DNA of 64,000 nt, from NCBI GenBank assembly GCA_050506795.1, contig JBJHCF010000022.1, positions 20,045-84,044 of the forward strand, given 5' to 3'. Below the pieces are notes generated by a model. The model saw only the letters and a list, made by a program, of their open reading frames with translations, was not told the DNA's origin and made no database searches. The position numbers and the translations under genes were made by a program. The number at the start of each line of letters is the position of its first letter. The first letter of the stretch is position 1. Of the stretch, positions 49,962-60,800 are shown one piece after another. Source of the DNA: Opitutia bacterium (GTDB lineage: Bacteria; Verrucomicrobiota; Verrucomicrobiia; Opitutales; T3Sed10-336).

Positions 49962-51071
49962 ATGGGTGATCAACTGACGGATAGGTCGTGCGAGGCGCCG
50001 GAGAGGACGGAGGGCCGGCCGTCGCTGCGCGACATCGCCGAAAAGGTGGGGGTCTCTCACGTCGCGGTTTCGCTGGCGTTGAAGGATTCGCCTCGGGTAT
50101 CTCCGGAACGCCGCGCCCAGATCCGGGCCATGGCGGAAAAAATGGGTTATCGTCCGGACCCGATGTTGTCATCGCTGGCCGCGTACCGGCAGGGCAAAAG
50201 GCCGGTGGAGATCCAGTCCTGCATGGCTTGGATCAACCAGTGGGCGGACGCCGACGCCTTGCGTGGATTCAACGAATTCAATGCCTACTGGCGTGGGGCG
50301 ACCGCGGCGGCGGAAAGCCTGGGGTACCGCCTGGAGGAATTTCGCTGGCCGCGGGGAAAAAGTGGAAAGCGCTTGCAGAATATCCTCTTGAACCGGGATG
50401 TCCGCGGGATCCTGATTCCTCCCCACCGGCGGGGAATGGATCTTCCGGATTTCGACTGGAGCGCGTTTTCCTTGGTTCGCTTCGGGGCCTCGGTGAATAA
50501 TATTCCGGCCCTCTGCGTAACCAGCGATCAAAGTCACTGTGCCCGTCTGGCGGTGGAAAAGGCGATCGCGCTCGGGTACCGGCGCATCGGATACTTCTCC
50601 TCGGTGCTCTTCGAGCGCAATACGGGCGGGCATTTCCGGGAAGGGTTTTTGAACACGCAGATGGAATTCTTCGGTATGGATCAGCGGATTTTTCCCATGG
50701 AGGTTCCCGATGAATCCCTGGATTGCTTGCCGACGGTTCAGAAGTGGCTGGATAACCAGGAGCCGGATGTGGTCATCACCACGATCGGGTTTTTTTACAG
50801 GATCCTGGAAAAAATGGGAATGACCTGTCCGGACGATCTGGCGGTTGCCGTAATCAGTGTGTTGGACGGAAATTTCGATGCCGGAGTGGATCAAAATTCC
50901 TACGAAATCGGACGGGTGGCCGCCAATGCCCTGGCCGGCATGATCATTCGCAATGAGCGGGGAATACCGCGTTACGGTCGTCGTATTCTCGTGGAAGGGC
51001 GCTGGGTCGACGGTAGAAGCCTCCCGCCCAAAGACTCCGGTAAAAAGGCAACGATTCAGAGCCCGCACTAG
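49962..51071 (+). CDS. LacI family transcriptional regulator
   Basis: SLRDIAEKVGVSHVAVSLAL HTH, MGYRPDP; start trimmed to ATG 49962. Confidence 0.92.
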   Translation: MGDQLTDRSCEAPERTEGRPSLRDIAEKVGVSHVAVSLALKDSPRVSPERRAQIRAMAEKMGYRPDPMLSSLAAYRQGKRPVEIQSCMAWINQWADADALRGFNEFNAYWRGATAAAESLGYRLEEFRWPRGKSGKRLQNILLNRDVRGILIPPHRRGMDLPDFDWSAFSLVRFGASVNNIPALCVTSDQSHCARLAVEKAIALGYRRIGYFSSVLFERNTGGHFREGFLNTQMEFFGMDQRIFPMEVPDESLDCLPTVQKWLDNQEPDVVITTIGFFYRILEKMGMTCPDDLAVAVISVLDGNFDAGVDQNSYEIGRVAANALAGMIIRNERGIPRYGRRILVEGRWVDGRSLPPKDSGKKATIQSPH

Positions 51072-51409
51072 AGTCCTAAAACCGAAAAAGTTGTCGTAGT
51101 TGAGTCAAGTTTTTTGGCACCGCAGAGGTTGGAAGGTCGCAGAGAAATCATTCGGTATGTCTTGTCCTTCTCTGCGACCTTCCCCTCTTGTGGTATCATT
51201 TTTCCTGGTCTGAGGCTTCGCCTCGCTGGGAGTCCAGGTTTTTTGCTTCATCAAACGATGAACCGTCTAAACCGTGCCATTCCTGCTAATGGAGGATGTG
51301 GGGGCGGCGCGAGGTTGGTTTTTTTCGGTTTACCGGGAAGTCGGCAGGTTACCAGTGTAAGCGAAATCTTGTTTTCTTTCCGCCTCGGGTTGGGATACCC
51401 CATCAGAGA

Positions 51410-52453
51410 ATGGGAGGGTTTGAAGGTAACAGGGGAAACCCGAACTCGAGTGGATTTAAGACTCCGCGCGCCTGTTTTTTGTTGCGGCGGGATGTTTTGA
51501 CGGAGGTTTTTTCTCCGGAGACACTTCAAAGGATTCGACGAAGGGCCGATGTGGCGGACGTGGTGGTCGACACGGACCGCTGGCGAGATTTTCGTGAGAT
51601 TCTGGGGGAGAGTGAGGTCCTTTTTTCCGGCTGGAGCGCTCCGGTCATGAACCGGGAGTTCCTGGACGCCGCGCCGAAACTGCGGGCGATCTTTTACGCC
51701 GCGGGTTCTATCCGGTATTTCGTCACACCGGCGATGTGGGAGCGGGGCATCCGGGTTACCTCGGCCTATGCGATGAACGGGATTCCGGTTTCCGAATACA
51801 CGGTCGGCGCCATTCTTCTGGCCTTAAAGCGCTTCTGGCACTTCAGCCGGGAGACTCGCAGGCTGAGATCCTTCCCGATTCACCGTCCGGTTACCGGGGC
51901 CTACGGCGCCAAGGTCGGATTGGTTTCCTATGGTACGATCGCGCGGCTGGTCCGCGAACGTTTGCGGCCGTTCGACTTGGAGGTTTTGGTTTATGATCCG
52001 CTGCTGACCCGTGAGGAGGCCGACGCGGAGAAGGTAACCCGGCTCTCGCTTAAAGCCTTGTTCGCCGAATCGGATGTGGTTTCAGTGCACGCTCCCGTTT
52101 TGGAAGAAACGGTTCGTTCCATCGGCAAAGAACATTTTGAGGTTCTGCGACCATCCGCGACTCTGATCAACACCGCCCGGGGCGCACTCTTAAAAGAGGA
52201 GGAACTGGTGGCTTTCCTCCGGGATCGACCCGATGTGCAGGCAATCCTGGATGTGAGTGACCCCGAACCTCCCGTCAAAGAGTCGCCGCTCTACGACCTG
52301 CCAAACGTGGCGTTGACTCCTCATATCGCCGGTTCCCTTGGCCCGGAGTGTCACCGTATGGGCGCCGCCATGGCCGACGAATACGAACGCTACCTGGCGG
52401 GATTGCCCCTCAAATGGGAACTGACCGAAGAACGGGTGGCGGTAATGGCCTGA
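51410..52453 (+). CDS. D-isomer-specific 2-hydroxyacid dehydrogenase family protein
   Basis: YAAGS, VSYGTIAR, YDP, INTARG, LDVSDPEP, TPHIAGS; start codon uncertain. Confidence 0.9.
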   Translation: MGGFEGNRGNPNSSGFKTPRACFLLRRDVLTEVFSPETLQRIRRRADVADVVVDTDRWRDFREILGESEVLFSGWSAPVMNREFLDAAPKLRAIFYAAGSIRYFVTPAMWERGIRVTSAYAMNGIPVSEYTVGAILLALKRFWHFSRETRRLRSFPIHRPVTGAYGAKVGLVSYGTIARLVRERLRPFDLEVLVYDPLLTREEADAEKVTRLSLKALFAESDVVSVHAPVLEETVRSIGKEHFEVLRPSATLINTARGALLKEEELVAFLRDRPDVQAILDVSDPEPPVKESPLYDLPNVALTPHIAGSLGPECHRMGAAMADEYERYLAGLPLKWELTEERVAVMA

Positions 52454-52549
52454 GCACGGATTCCCTTTTATGAAGTTTACAGTGAAACCGGGGTGTCGAT
52501 TGCGCGGTTGAATTCCCTGTGCGACGTTCCAAATAACCTCAGAAGACTC

Positions 52550-53338
52550 ATGAAAGTATCACAATCTCCACGACGTTTGTTATCCCGTCGCGCATTTACG
52601 TTGATTGAATTGTTGACCGTAATTGCCATTATCGGAATCCTTGCCGCGATTCTGATCCCCGTCGTCGCCAAAGTTCGTCAATCCGCGTCCCAGGCGGTTT
52701 CAATTTCCAACATGCGTCAGGTCGGTATTGGAATCCAGGCGTTTGCCGCCGATCATAACGATCGTTTGCCCGGAGTGTACCGGACCTTGAACGGGCAGCC
52801 CCATCCCGGATACAGCCTGGGTGGGGGGCAGTCGCCCTATGCGACGCCGACGCTTCGGACGTCCCTGGGGCATCCCGATCAACTGGGCCCTTACATCGAA
52901 TCCAGCGTAAGAATCGTGGATGGCACGGAGCGGCGCTACGTGCCCTTGCTGGAAAGTCCGGCCTATGCCCGGAGTCGTCCCCCGAACGAGTTTCCCACCA
53001 GTCACCTTCGGGCGGAATCGGTTCGCCATGGCAATGGACGCCAATTGCTGCCGTCGCCCTTCGGTGTCGGCACCGGAGATGAGGGACGGCATACCATGAG
53101 CATGACGCTGGTACACATGGAGCGGCAGTTCACGCCTTCCCGTCGTTGGGCCATGATCGAGATCGACGAAAGCGCGCCGATTAACGTGATACGCGAGGCC
53201 GGTGGAAGCTGGCCGTGGCCGGTCATTAACGGGTCGATGCACGGCAACGCCTGGACGGCCCTGATGTTTGACGGCAGCGTAAAAGTGCTTCGCGAGGGGG
53301 ATCCTCTGCTCGATAACCAGCGGACCCAGGACCTTTGA
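52550..53338 (+). CDS. Prepilin-type N-terminal cleavage/methylation domain protein (pseudopilin-like)
   Basis: [47 protein letters not shown] (H-X9-DG). Confidence 0.92.
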   Translation: MKVSQSPRRLLSRRAFTLIELLTVIAIIGILAAILIPVVAKVRQSASQAVSISNMRQVGIGIQAFAADHNDRLPGVYRTLNGQPHPGYSLGGGQSPYATPTLRTSLGHPDQLGPYIESSVRIVDGTERRYVPLLESPAYARSRPPNEFPTSHLRAESVRHGNGRQLLPSPFGVGTGDEGRHTMSMTLVHMERQFTPSRRWAMIEIDESAPINVIREAGGSWPWPVINGSMHGNAWTALMFDGSVKVLREGDPLLDNQRTQDL

Positions 53339-53393
53339 TCGAGCCGGCTCTTCGGCGGAAATGCTCTCCTGAAAATAAACCCAAAAAATAAAC

Positions 53394-54410
53394 ATGAACT
53401 CTGGACTCATTGGAAAACGTATCATCGCTCTCGTGACGGGAGCGGTTTTTGCGGTCGTGATTGCTCACGGCCAGGTTATTTGGAACAATCAAGGTGAGGA
53501 CAATCTGTGGACCAATCCCGCGAACTGGGACGGTGCCGCCGTGCCGGGCTCCGGCCAGGAGGCGCGGGTGAACCTGTCCGGGGTCGACCGGGCGGTTGTG
53601 GACGCCGCGGCCCCGGTTTTCGGACACTTCCGTGTCGGCGTGGGCGGCGGTTCGATCGGGGAGGTGGAAGTGCTCGCCGATGGATTTCTCAACGCCGACA
53701 ACACCTCGCAGGATCGAGTCGGTGTCGGCGGCGGCACCGGAATCGTAAATCAGAGCGGGGGTACGGTTCGTCTCGGTGGCGCCCAGGTGCAGGTCGGTCT
53801 GGATAACGGGTCGATCGGCACTTACAACCTCAGCGGCGGAACCTTTATCGGCGCCCGCGAGCAGGGGGGGACAACGCTCTTCATTGGACAAAGTGGGGGA
53901 ACAGGATCGTTCAACGTTTCCGGCGGCGAACTCCGGACCCGCGCCGGGGTTGCGCTGGGAATCAACGGAGGAACCGGATTGTTTAATGTTCAGGGCTCCG
54001 GCGCGGACCAGATCGCCATTGGTGGCGAGGGTAATCTGGCCGGCCGCTGGATACAGAACGCCGGAAGCACGCTCCAGTTCGGCATCGATGCCGGCGGGGT
54101 CAGCGTCATCGATATTCTCGATGACAATGGCGCCGGCGGGGACGTTACTTTCGAGGAGGGCGCCCTGTTAAATGTCGGATTTGTCGATCAGCCGGTTTTC
54201 GGCACCTGGACCGTCATGCAATGGGCCGGGACACTCACTGATAACGGATTGGCGTTTGCCCCCGGGGTCGACGAAAATGTATGGAGCTTCGATTTTTCCG
54301 GGAACGAATTGCAGCTCACCGCGGTTCCGGAGCCGGCGACGTACGCGCTGATCTTCGGTATCGCCGGCGCCGTTCTGCTTTTCCTGCGTAGACGTCGAAC
54401 TGGACGCTGA
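53394..54410 (+). CDS. PEP-CTERM sorting domain protein with a Gly-rich beta-helix-like passenger
   Basis: Signal peptide; ends VPEPATYALIFGIAGAVLLFLRRRR. Confidence 0.95.
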   Translation: MNSGLIGKRIIALVTGAVFAVVIAHGQVIWNNQGEDNLWTNPANWDGAAVPGSGQEARVNLSGVDRAVVDAAAPVFGHFRVGVGGGSIGEVEVLADGFLNADNTSQDRVGVGGGTGIVNQSGGTVRLGGAQVQVGLDNGSIGTYNLSGGTFIGAREQGGTTLFIGQSGGTGSFNVSGGELRTRAGVALGINGGTGLFNVQGSGADQIAIGGEGNLAGRWIQNAGSTLQFGIDAGGVSVIDILDDNGAGGDVTFEEGALLNVGFVDQPVFGTWTVMQWAGTLTDNGLAFAPGVDENVWSFDFSGNELQLTAVPEPATYALIFGIAGAVLLFLRRRRTGR

Positions 54411-54469
54411 ACCAATCGAATTGCGGCTACCGACCGGTACTCGTAATCCTCAGAAGCACAACACACGAT

Positions 54470-54507
54470 CGTCCCATCCGCCACACAGGCGGGTGGGACG
54501 TTTCTTT
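54470..54507 (+). terminator. Intrinsic terminator after the PEP-CTERM gene
   Basis: CGTCCCATCCGCC-acaca-GGCGGGTGGGACG followed by TTTCTTT. Confidence 0.75.
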
Positions 54508-54666
54508 GAGATTGGCAACCCCTTCAGTTTCCAGTGGAACTTGAGTTCAAGTTGGCTTGTGCCCGCCGGTTTGATGGAGTAGGGGATGCTGGCCGGCGGC
54601 ATTTGATTGATTCGATCCTGCTTAACGGCCTGTCACTGTAACGAACCCAAAAACACAGCTCTGATT

Positions 54667-57600
54667 ATGAAAAAGCGTTTTTCTCGGAAACTGTTGGTTG
54701 CCCTGTTGTCTGCCTCGCTCGCCGTCCCGTTGGGTCTTCTTTACGCGCAAACGACCTCCGAAATCGTCTGGACCAACGGTTCCGGCAACAATGACTGGGG
54801 GAACAGTGGAAACTGGGATATCGGCTTTTTCCCGGCCGATTTCGAATGGGTCGTCATCAACCTGGCCGGCGGGGATCGAGCCGTTTTTGATTCCAGCGAA
54901 GGGAACGACATTCTTTACCTGCGGGTGGGAGAGGGTGAGGGAGTCAGCGGCGAACTGGATATTCTGAGTGGAACCCTCAATGCCGCCCAAGTCGGTTCGC
55001 AGTCTCGATTCGGATCTGAAGGCGGCGCCGGTACGCTCAACATCATGGGAGGCACTCTCAGCATCGGAGGCGCTCAGACCCATATCGGGTACGGAGAAGG
55101 TTCGACGGGAATGGTCAATGTGAGCGGCGGGCTGTTAAACGTTTTTCGGGAATTCCAGGGAACCTCCGTGTTTATTGGAGCCCAGGGCGGCGAGGGAACC
55201 TTCCACATTACCGGGGGTTCGCTTCGCACGCGGGCCGGTGTGCAATTGGGCAGCGTTGCAAATCCCGGCGACCCGGAGAACGAGGAAGATGATGGCTGGC
55301 CGGCGGGAGTGGGCGTTTTCAGTGTGGAAGGATCCGAGCCGAACGAGATTGGAATTGGCGTCGAACAATCCGTTCCCGGACGTTGGATACAGAATGCCGG
55401 TAGTGTGCTGCGTGTCCGATTCGACGATATTCCCCCCGATTTCGGCGGCGGAGCCCGCCCGATTGATGTGGTGCAGTTCAACGGTCAGGGTGGTCACGTG
55501 ATATTCGAAGAGGGCGCTCTTCTCGATGTGGACTTCATGGGTGCGGAAGTCGGCGGCACCTTTGTTGTCATGCGCTGGCAGGGAGATTTGACCGACAACG
55601 GTCTGCAGTTTGCGGATACGGTAGACACCGAGATCTGGAGCTTCGAGTTGGACCTCGATAACAAACGGTTGCTGGTGACCTCGACCGCCGAAGGTGATAA
55701 CGGCGGTGTGCCGTTGGGCGATGACGGAACCTGGATCGCTGATGCCGATGGCAATTGGAGCGATGCCGGCAACTGGGAGGACGGTGTTGTGGCGGACGGA
55801 ACCAGCGCCACGGCCGATTTCGCTACTTTGAATATCTCCGCGCCGCGAACGGTCACCCTGGACGCCAGCCGTACTATCGGAAATCTCGAATTCGCTGATA
55901 TTTCCGGCGAAAACGGGTGGATACTGGGGCCGGAGGCGCTTGATGCCGCCAGTGAAACCGAGTCCGGAAACCTGCTGACCCTGGCGCGAATCGGCGGTCG
56001 CCCCACGATCGATGTGGAGAATGGAACGGTCGCCATTCAACGCCGATTAGGGGGAGTCCAGGGTTTTATTAAGGAGGGATCCGGTGTATTGGAGTTGAAC
56101 AATCCGTCGCATCCGCTTACCGGCGACCTTACCGTGCGCGAAGGTATTCTACGCGCCTTGGCCGGTGGAAATGGCGGTATGGGAATCGGCACCGTAGGGG
56201 GCGCCGAAAATCGAATTGTCGTTGAAGACGGTGGCACTTTCCAGTTGGGAGGCAACGTTCAGATCGCCAATAAGCAGGCCCGAATCGCCGGCGCAGGCGT
56301 CGATGACGGCGAAGGCGGCAACCTGGGGGCGTTCTACGTTGATGCGACCGGTTTGGGCAACGGGACCCGTTGGTCTCACAATGGAGCAACCAATCCCGCG
56401 TTGTCACTGGCGGCTGATGCGACGATTCGGGTCGATGGCAACGGCTTCGGTCAGAATACCTCCAATGTCCTCATGGCTCACCTGGATCTGGGGGGCCATA
56501 CGCTTACCAAAGCCGGAATGGGAAGAATCACGCTTGACCTGAACGGCGCGGCGACCGGAGTCGGAACCTTGAATATTGCCGAAGGCGTGCTGGGGTTAAC
56601 CCACAACAGCATTCGAAACGGAGTCGATCTGGTTATCGGTCAGGCAGGGGAAGTGCGTGGCGGCCGGGCGCCGGCGCCGCTCAACTCAACCACCAATACG
56701 GTGACTGTCAACGGGCGTCTGGTCATGAGTGAACGTACCGACGCGTTGGCCACCACTCAACACATTGGAGTTCTGCAGGGCAGCGGCGTCATTACAACCG
56801 GTATTTGGGGCAACACCGGGACCCACACCCTGAACATTCATCACCCCACGGTGGACAGTTACTTCAGCGGGGTGATCGAAGAGGAGTCGGGCCGGATCAA
56901 CATTGTGAAAGGCGTGGTTCCGGATCCGAATGAGGAGAATGGTGAAGCCGAGGAACCCTCGACGCTTACTCTGGACGGTATGAATTCCTACTCCGGAAAT
57001 ACCACCATCAACCACGGTTCCCTCGTAGTGGGAGAAAGCGGCGGGCTGACCTTCTATATTACTTCGCCTTCGGCGAACAACCAGGTGGCCGCCGGGAGCA
57101 ACGCGGTCGGCGTGAGCCTCCATTTGAACGGAAGCTTCAGTTTCAACCTGACCGAGGCGAGCACTTCGATGGGAAGTTCCTGGTCGCCGGTCAACACCAC
57201 GAATCTGGACGTTACCGTCGGGGAGACCTTCCGGGTCGCCGGATTCTCCCAGGTTGAGCCGGGGGTTTGGGGAACCAACGCCAACGGCGTAGGGTACCGT
57301 TTCACCGAGGCGACCCTGCTTCTCGAAGTGGTTGACGAGTTCGAAGATCTCGAGACCGGGTTCCAACAGTGGCAGAGCGAATTCCTGTCCGGTGTGCCGG
57401 AAGCGATGCGAGCCCCGGATGCCGATCCGGATGGCGATGGTCTGAAGAATCTTGCGGAGTACGCCTTCGGCGGGGATCCCCTGCGGCCGTACAGCGCGAT
57501 GCCGCCCTCCCTGGCGGCGGTGATGGAAGGCGAGGAAATGTTCCTGGAAATCACCTTTTCCCGTATTGATGCTTCCGATATCGTGTATCGTGTCGAAGCC

Positions 57601-57750
57601 GTCGACAGTCTCGATGCCGAATGGGGTGAAAATGTCATTTGGGATAGTTCAGATCATGCCTATTCAGGTCCGGAAGAAACCGTACGCGATTCCCAGGCGA
57701 TCGGTAACTCGGGATCCCGCTTCCTTCGTGTTTCCGTTTCGCAGCAGTAA
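54667..57750 (+). CDS. Large secreted protein: copy of the PEP-CTERM passenger + autotransporter-associated beta-strand repeats + shared C-terminal domain
   Basis: Signal peptide; KEGSGVLEL, TKAGMGRITL, NSYSGNTTINHG repeats; ADPDGDGLKNLAEYAFGGDP...RFLRVSVSQQ. Confidence 0.88.
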   Translation: MKKRFSRKLLVALLSASLAVPLGLLYAQTTSEIVWTNGSGNNDWGNSGNWDIGFFPADFEWVVINLAGGDRAVFDSSEGNDILYLRVGEGEGVSGELDILSGTLNAAQVGSQSRFGSEGGAGTLNIMGGTLSIGGAQTHIGYGEGSTGMVNVSGGLLNVFREFQGTSVFIGAQGGEGTFHITGGSLRTRAGVQLGSVANPGDPENEEDDGWPAGVGVFSVEGSEPNEIGIGVEQSVPGRWIQNAGSVLRVRFDDIPPDFGGGARPIDVVQFNGQGGHVIFEEGALLDVDFMGAEVGGTFVVMRWQGDLTDNGLQFADTVDTEIWSFELDLDNKRLLVTSTAEGDNGGVPLGDDGTWIADADGNWSDAGNWEDGVVADGTSATADFATLNISAPRTVTLDASRTIGNLEFADISGENGWILGPEALDAASETESGNLLTLARIGGRPTIDVENGTVAIQRRLGGVQGFIKEGSGVLELNNPSHPLTGDLTVREGILRALAGGNGGMGIGTVGGAENRIVVEDGGTFQLGGNVQIANKQARIAGAGVDDGEGGNLGAFYVDATGLGNGTRWSHNGATNPALSLAADATIRVDGNGFGQNTSNVLMAHLDLGGHTLTKAGMGRITLDLNGAATGVGTLNIAEGVLGLTHNSIRNGVDLVIGQAGEVRGGRAPAPLNSTTNTVTVNGRLVMSERTDALATTQHIGVLQGSGVITTGIWGNTGTHTLNIHHPTVDSYFSGVIEEESGRINIVKGVVPDPNEENGEAEEPSTLTLDGMNSYSGNTTINHGSLVVGESGGLTFYITSPSANNQVAAGSNAVGVSLHLNGSFSFNLTEASTSMGSSWSPVNTTNLDVTVGETFRVAGFSQVEPGVWGTNANGVGYRFTEATLLLEVVDEFEDLETGFQQWQSEFLSGVPEAMRAPDADPDGDGLKNLAEYAFGGDPLRPYSAMPPSLAAVMEGEEMFLEITFSRIDASDIVYRVEAVDSLDAEWGENVIWDSSDHAYSGPEETVRDSQAIGNSGSRFLRVSVSQQ

Positions 57751-57778
57751 TTCGCGCAACCGAATCGTTCCGATACAG

Positions 57779-57818
57779 GGTCCCGGTGAGCCGTTTGACG
57801 CTGGCCGGGGCCTTTTTT
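57779..57818 (+). terminator. Terminator-like hairpin with T6 tract ending 3 nt before the next ATG
   Basis: GGTCCCGGT...GCCGGGGCC then TTTTTT. Confidence 0.55.
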
Positions 57819-57821
57819 GAC

Positions 57822-60800
57822 ATGAATTGGTTTACAAAAATCAGGTGCACCACAGCCGTGGCGGCCTTTTGTGCGTTAAACTTGAACGCAGCCGAATTTG
57901 TTCATCCGGGTGGCATGTTCAATCGGGCCGATATGGACCGGATGCGTTACCAGGTCGAGGCTCGGATCGATCCCTGGCACGCTTCGTTTCTTGAACTCCA
58001 GGCCGAACCGCTGGCCAGCCACAGCTACACCGTGCGGGGCGACCCGGGTTGGACAACGGTAGGCCGAGACCCTGCGATCCGCAGGAATGAATTCGAGTCT
58101 GATGTAACCGCAGCCTACTTGAACTCGCTCATGTGGATCGTGACCGGGGACGAGCGTCATGCCGCGAAGTGTGTTGAGATTTTCAATACCTGGCAAAACC
58201 TCACCGAGGTGCGGGGCGGCGGTACCGAGTCGCTGAACGCGGGGCTTTACGCGTGGAAGCTCGTGGAAGCGGCGGAGATTATTCGTAGTACCTACGACGG
58301 CTGGGATCCACAGGATCTGAAGGCTTTTCAGGACATGCTCGTGTACCCGGGGTATTCCAACACGGAAGTGCCCCCGTCTTTGAGCAACACGAACGGAACC
58401 TTCTACTGGAGAGTCTACCGGGGGGATCCCGGGCGTCACGGTAACCAGGACATGATCGCCTGGCGGGCGATGATCACCATGGGGGTATTTCTTGACAACC
58501 GCATCATGTACGACCGCGCTCTGCGCTACTTTACGGGACAACCGAGTCGCGAGGACGATCTTCCATATCCGTCGGGACCGTCGCCCTCAGGCCCGGTTGT
58601 GACCGATAACGAATTCTTCACGGCTTTCCAGTACCGGGGGTCGGCGAACCGAATCCCGGATTATGGTTACAACGGCGTCCTGGAGCATTTTATCTGGGAG
58701 ACCGGCCAGACCCAGGAAAGCTCGCGCGATCAGGCGCACGCGATGTTCGGTTTGGGAACCGCCGCCGGGATCGCGGAAGTGGCCTGGACGCAGGGAGACG
58801 ATGTCTGGAACTCGCTTGAAAACCGCCTGCTGAAGGGATTCGAATTCAATGCCAGGTACAACGCCAGCTACATCGCGGCGTTCCCCGATCAGCCCGACCC
58901 CTGGGAGCCGGATGATTTCATCCAACGCACCGATCGAACCGGACGATGGTTCTCCAAAAAAATCAATCCGCATTTCGAGAGCAACTTCGTGTCCATCAGC
59001 CGCGGTAACTTTCCCGGTGTACGTCCGATTTTCGAACAGGCGCTCGCTCACTTCGATGTGCGAATGGGGCAGGGCGGAGAGGCGGTCTGGACGCGTCGCG
59101 CCCGGGATGTGGCCATCGCCCAGTCCGGATACGAGCGCACCGGATGGAGTCTCGATCATCCCGGTTGGGGGGCGCTGACGTTTCGTCGTCCTCCGTTGAC
59201 CGCTGGCGATCCGATCCAGGGGTTTACCGACGGCGTGCCGGAGTTCGGCGTTCACCGTTTTCCGACCACAATCGCCGCGGTGAACTACGACTATTTTCCG
59301 GGGTCGGGGCTGGGTCGGACTTATCTGGACCATACGCCTGAGAACAGGGGCGGCCACTATCGCCCCAACGATGCTGTGGATATCGAATACGACCCGGTGG
59401 AAGGGGACTATCTCACGGACATGGAGGCGGGAGAATGGCTGACTTATACCGTGAGCGTTCCCGCGGACGGATGGTATCGATTCGGCGTTCGTTACTCGAC
59501 TGCAAACGACCAGGGCGCCATCCGTTTTTCATTCGGCGGCGCCGACGTCACCGGCGCGGTGGCCCTGCCCGATACGGGAGGTCCGACCGAGTGGGAGGAT
59601 TTGATCGTTGCCGACAGTGTATTTCTCGGCGCGGGTGTACAGGCGATGAGGGTGCATGTTGCGGGAGAATCCCATTCTTTTCGCCTTGCGAGTCTCACCG
59701 TCCAGGAGGGCGAGCTCCCCGTCGATCCGCCTCCCGCGCCCGCTGAGCTGTCGGCGACGGCGGTTTCTTCCGGGGAAATCAGACTGGAATGGTCCGCAAC
59801 CCCGGCGACCGCCACCTACAACGTGAAACGGGCAACGGTGAGCGGCGGTCCCTACGCCACGGTGGCTTCGGGCGTATCCGGTTTGAAATACAGCGATAGC
59901 GGTCTCACCGCCAACACGACTTATTTTTACGTCGTCAGCGCAGAGAACAACGTCGGAGAAAGCGATCCGTCGGCGGAAGTGTCGGCGACCACACCCGACA
60001 TCTTCGAAGGAGCATGGAGCGTCGACGCCGATGGAAACTGGAGTGATTCCGGAAACTGGTTGGATGGGATCGTCGCCGATGGCGCCGGGGTCACTGCGGA
60101 TTTCAGCCGGACTGCGATTTCGGATAACCGGATCGTCGTCCTGGATACCAGCCGTACCATCGGGCACCTGGTATTCGGAGCCGGAGGTTCGGGGAACTCA
60201 TGGGCGATCGCATCGGCGCCCGAAGCAAGCCTGAGGTTGGAGGCACCTGAAGAAATACCTTCCATTCAAGTGAATGAGTCGATGCTTTTGATCGAACCCG
60301 TGATTTCGGGAAGCCAGGGCCTCCGCAAAACCGGCGAAGGAGTCCTGGTTCTCAGTAACAAGAACCACGAGTTTGATGGAGGCTTGACGGTGGACGAGGG
60401 GTACTTCCGCGTCGGCGGAAGCGGAACGCTTGGTGGTGGGGAGATCCGGGTGAACGCGGGAGGCACCTTGGATCTTGCTCCGAGTCTGCAGATTTCGGAC
60501 CGGAGTTTATCCATTGCCGGCAGCGGGGCCGGGGGCGAGGCCGGGGCTTTCTATCTGGACGCGACCGGGCTGGGCAATCAGACCCGATGGGGGCTCTCCG
60601 GGATAAACCCGGCCATCCGCCTGCTCGCTGACGCCACGATACGAGTGGACGGCGATGGATTCGGACCCAATACGGCGAATTTTCTCGTTGGTCGAACGGA
60701 TCTCGGCGGTAACACGCTCACCAAGACCGGCTCCGGACGTCTGTCATTCGACACCGGCGGGAACGGTTTACAGGGTGCCGGAACCGTGCATGTCGCCGAA

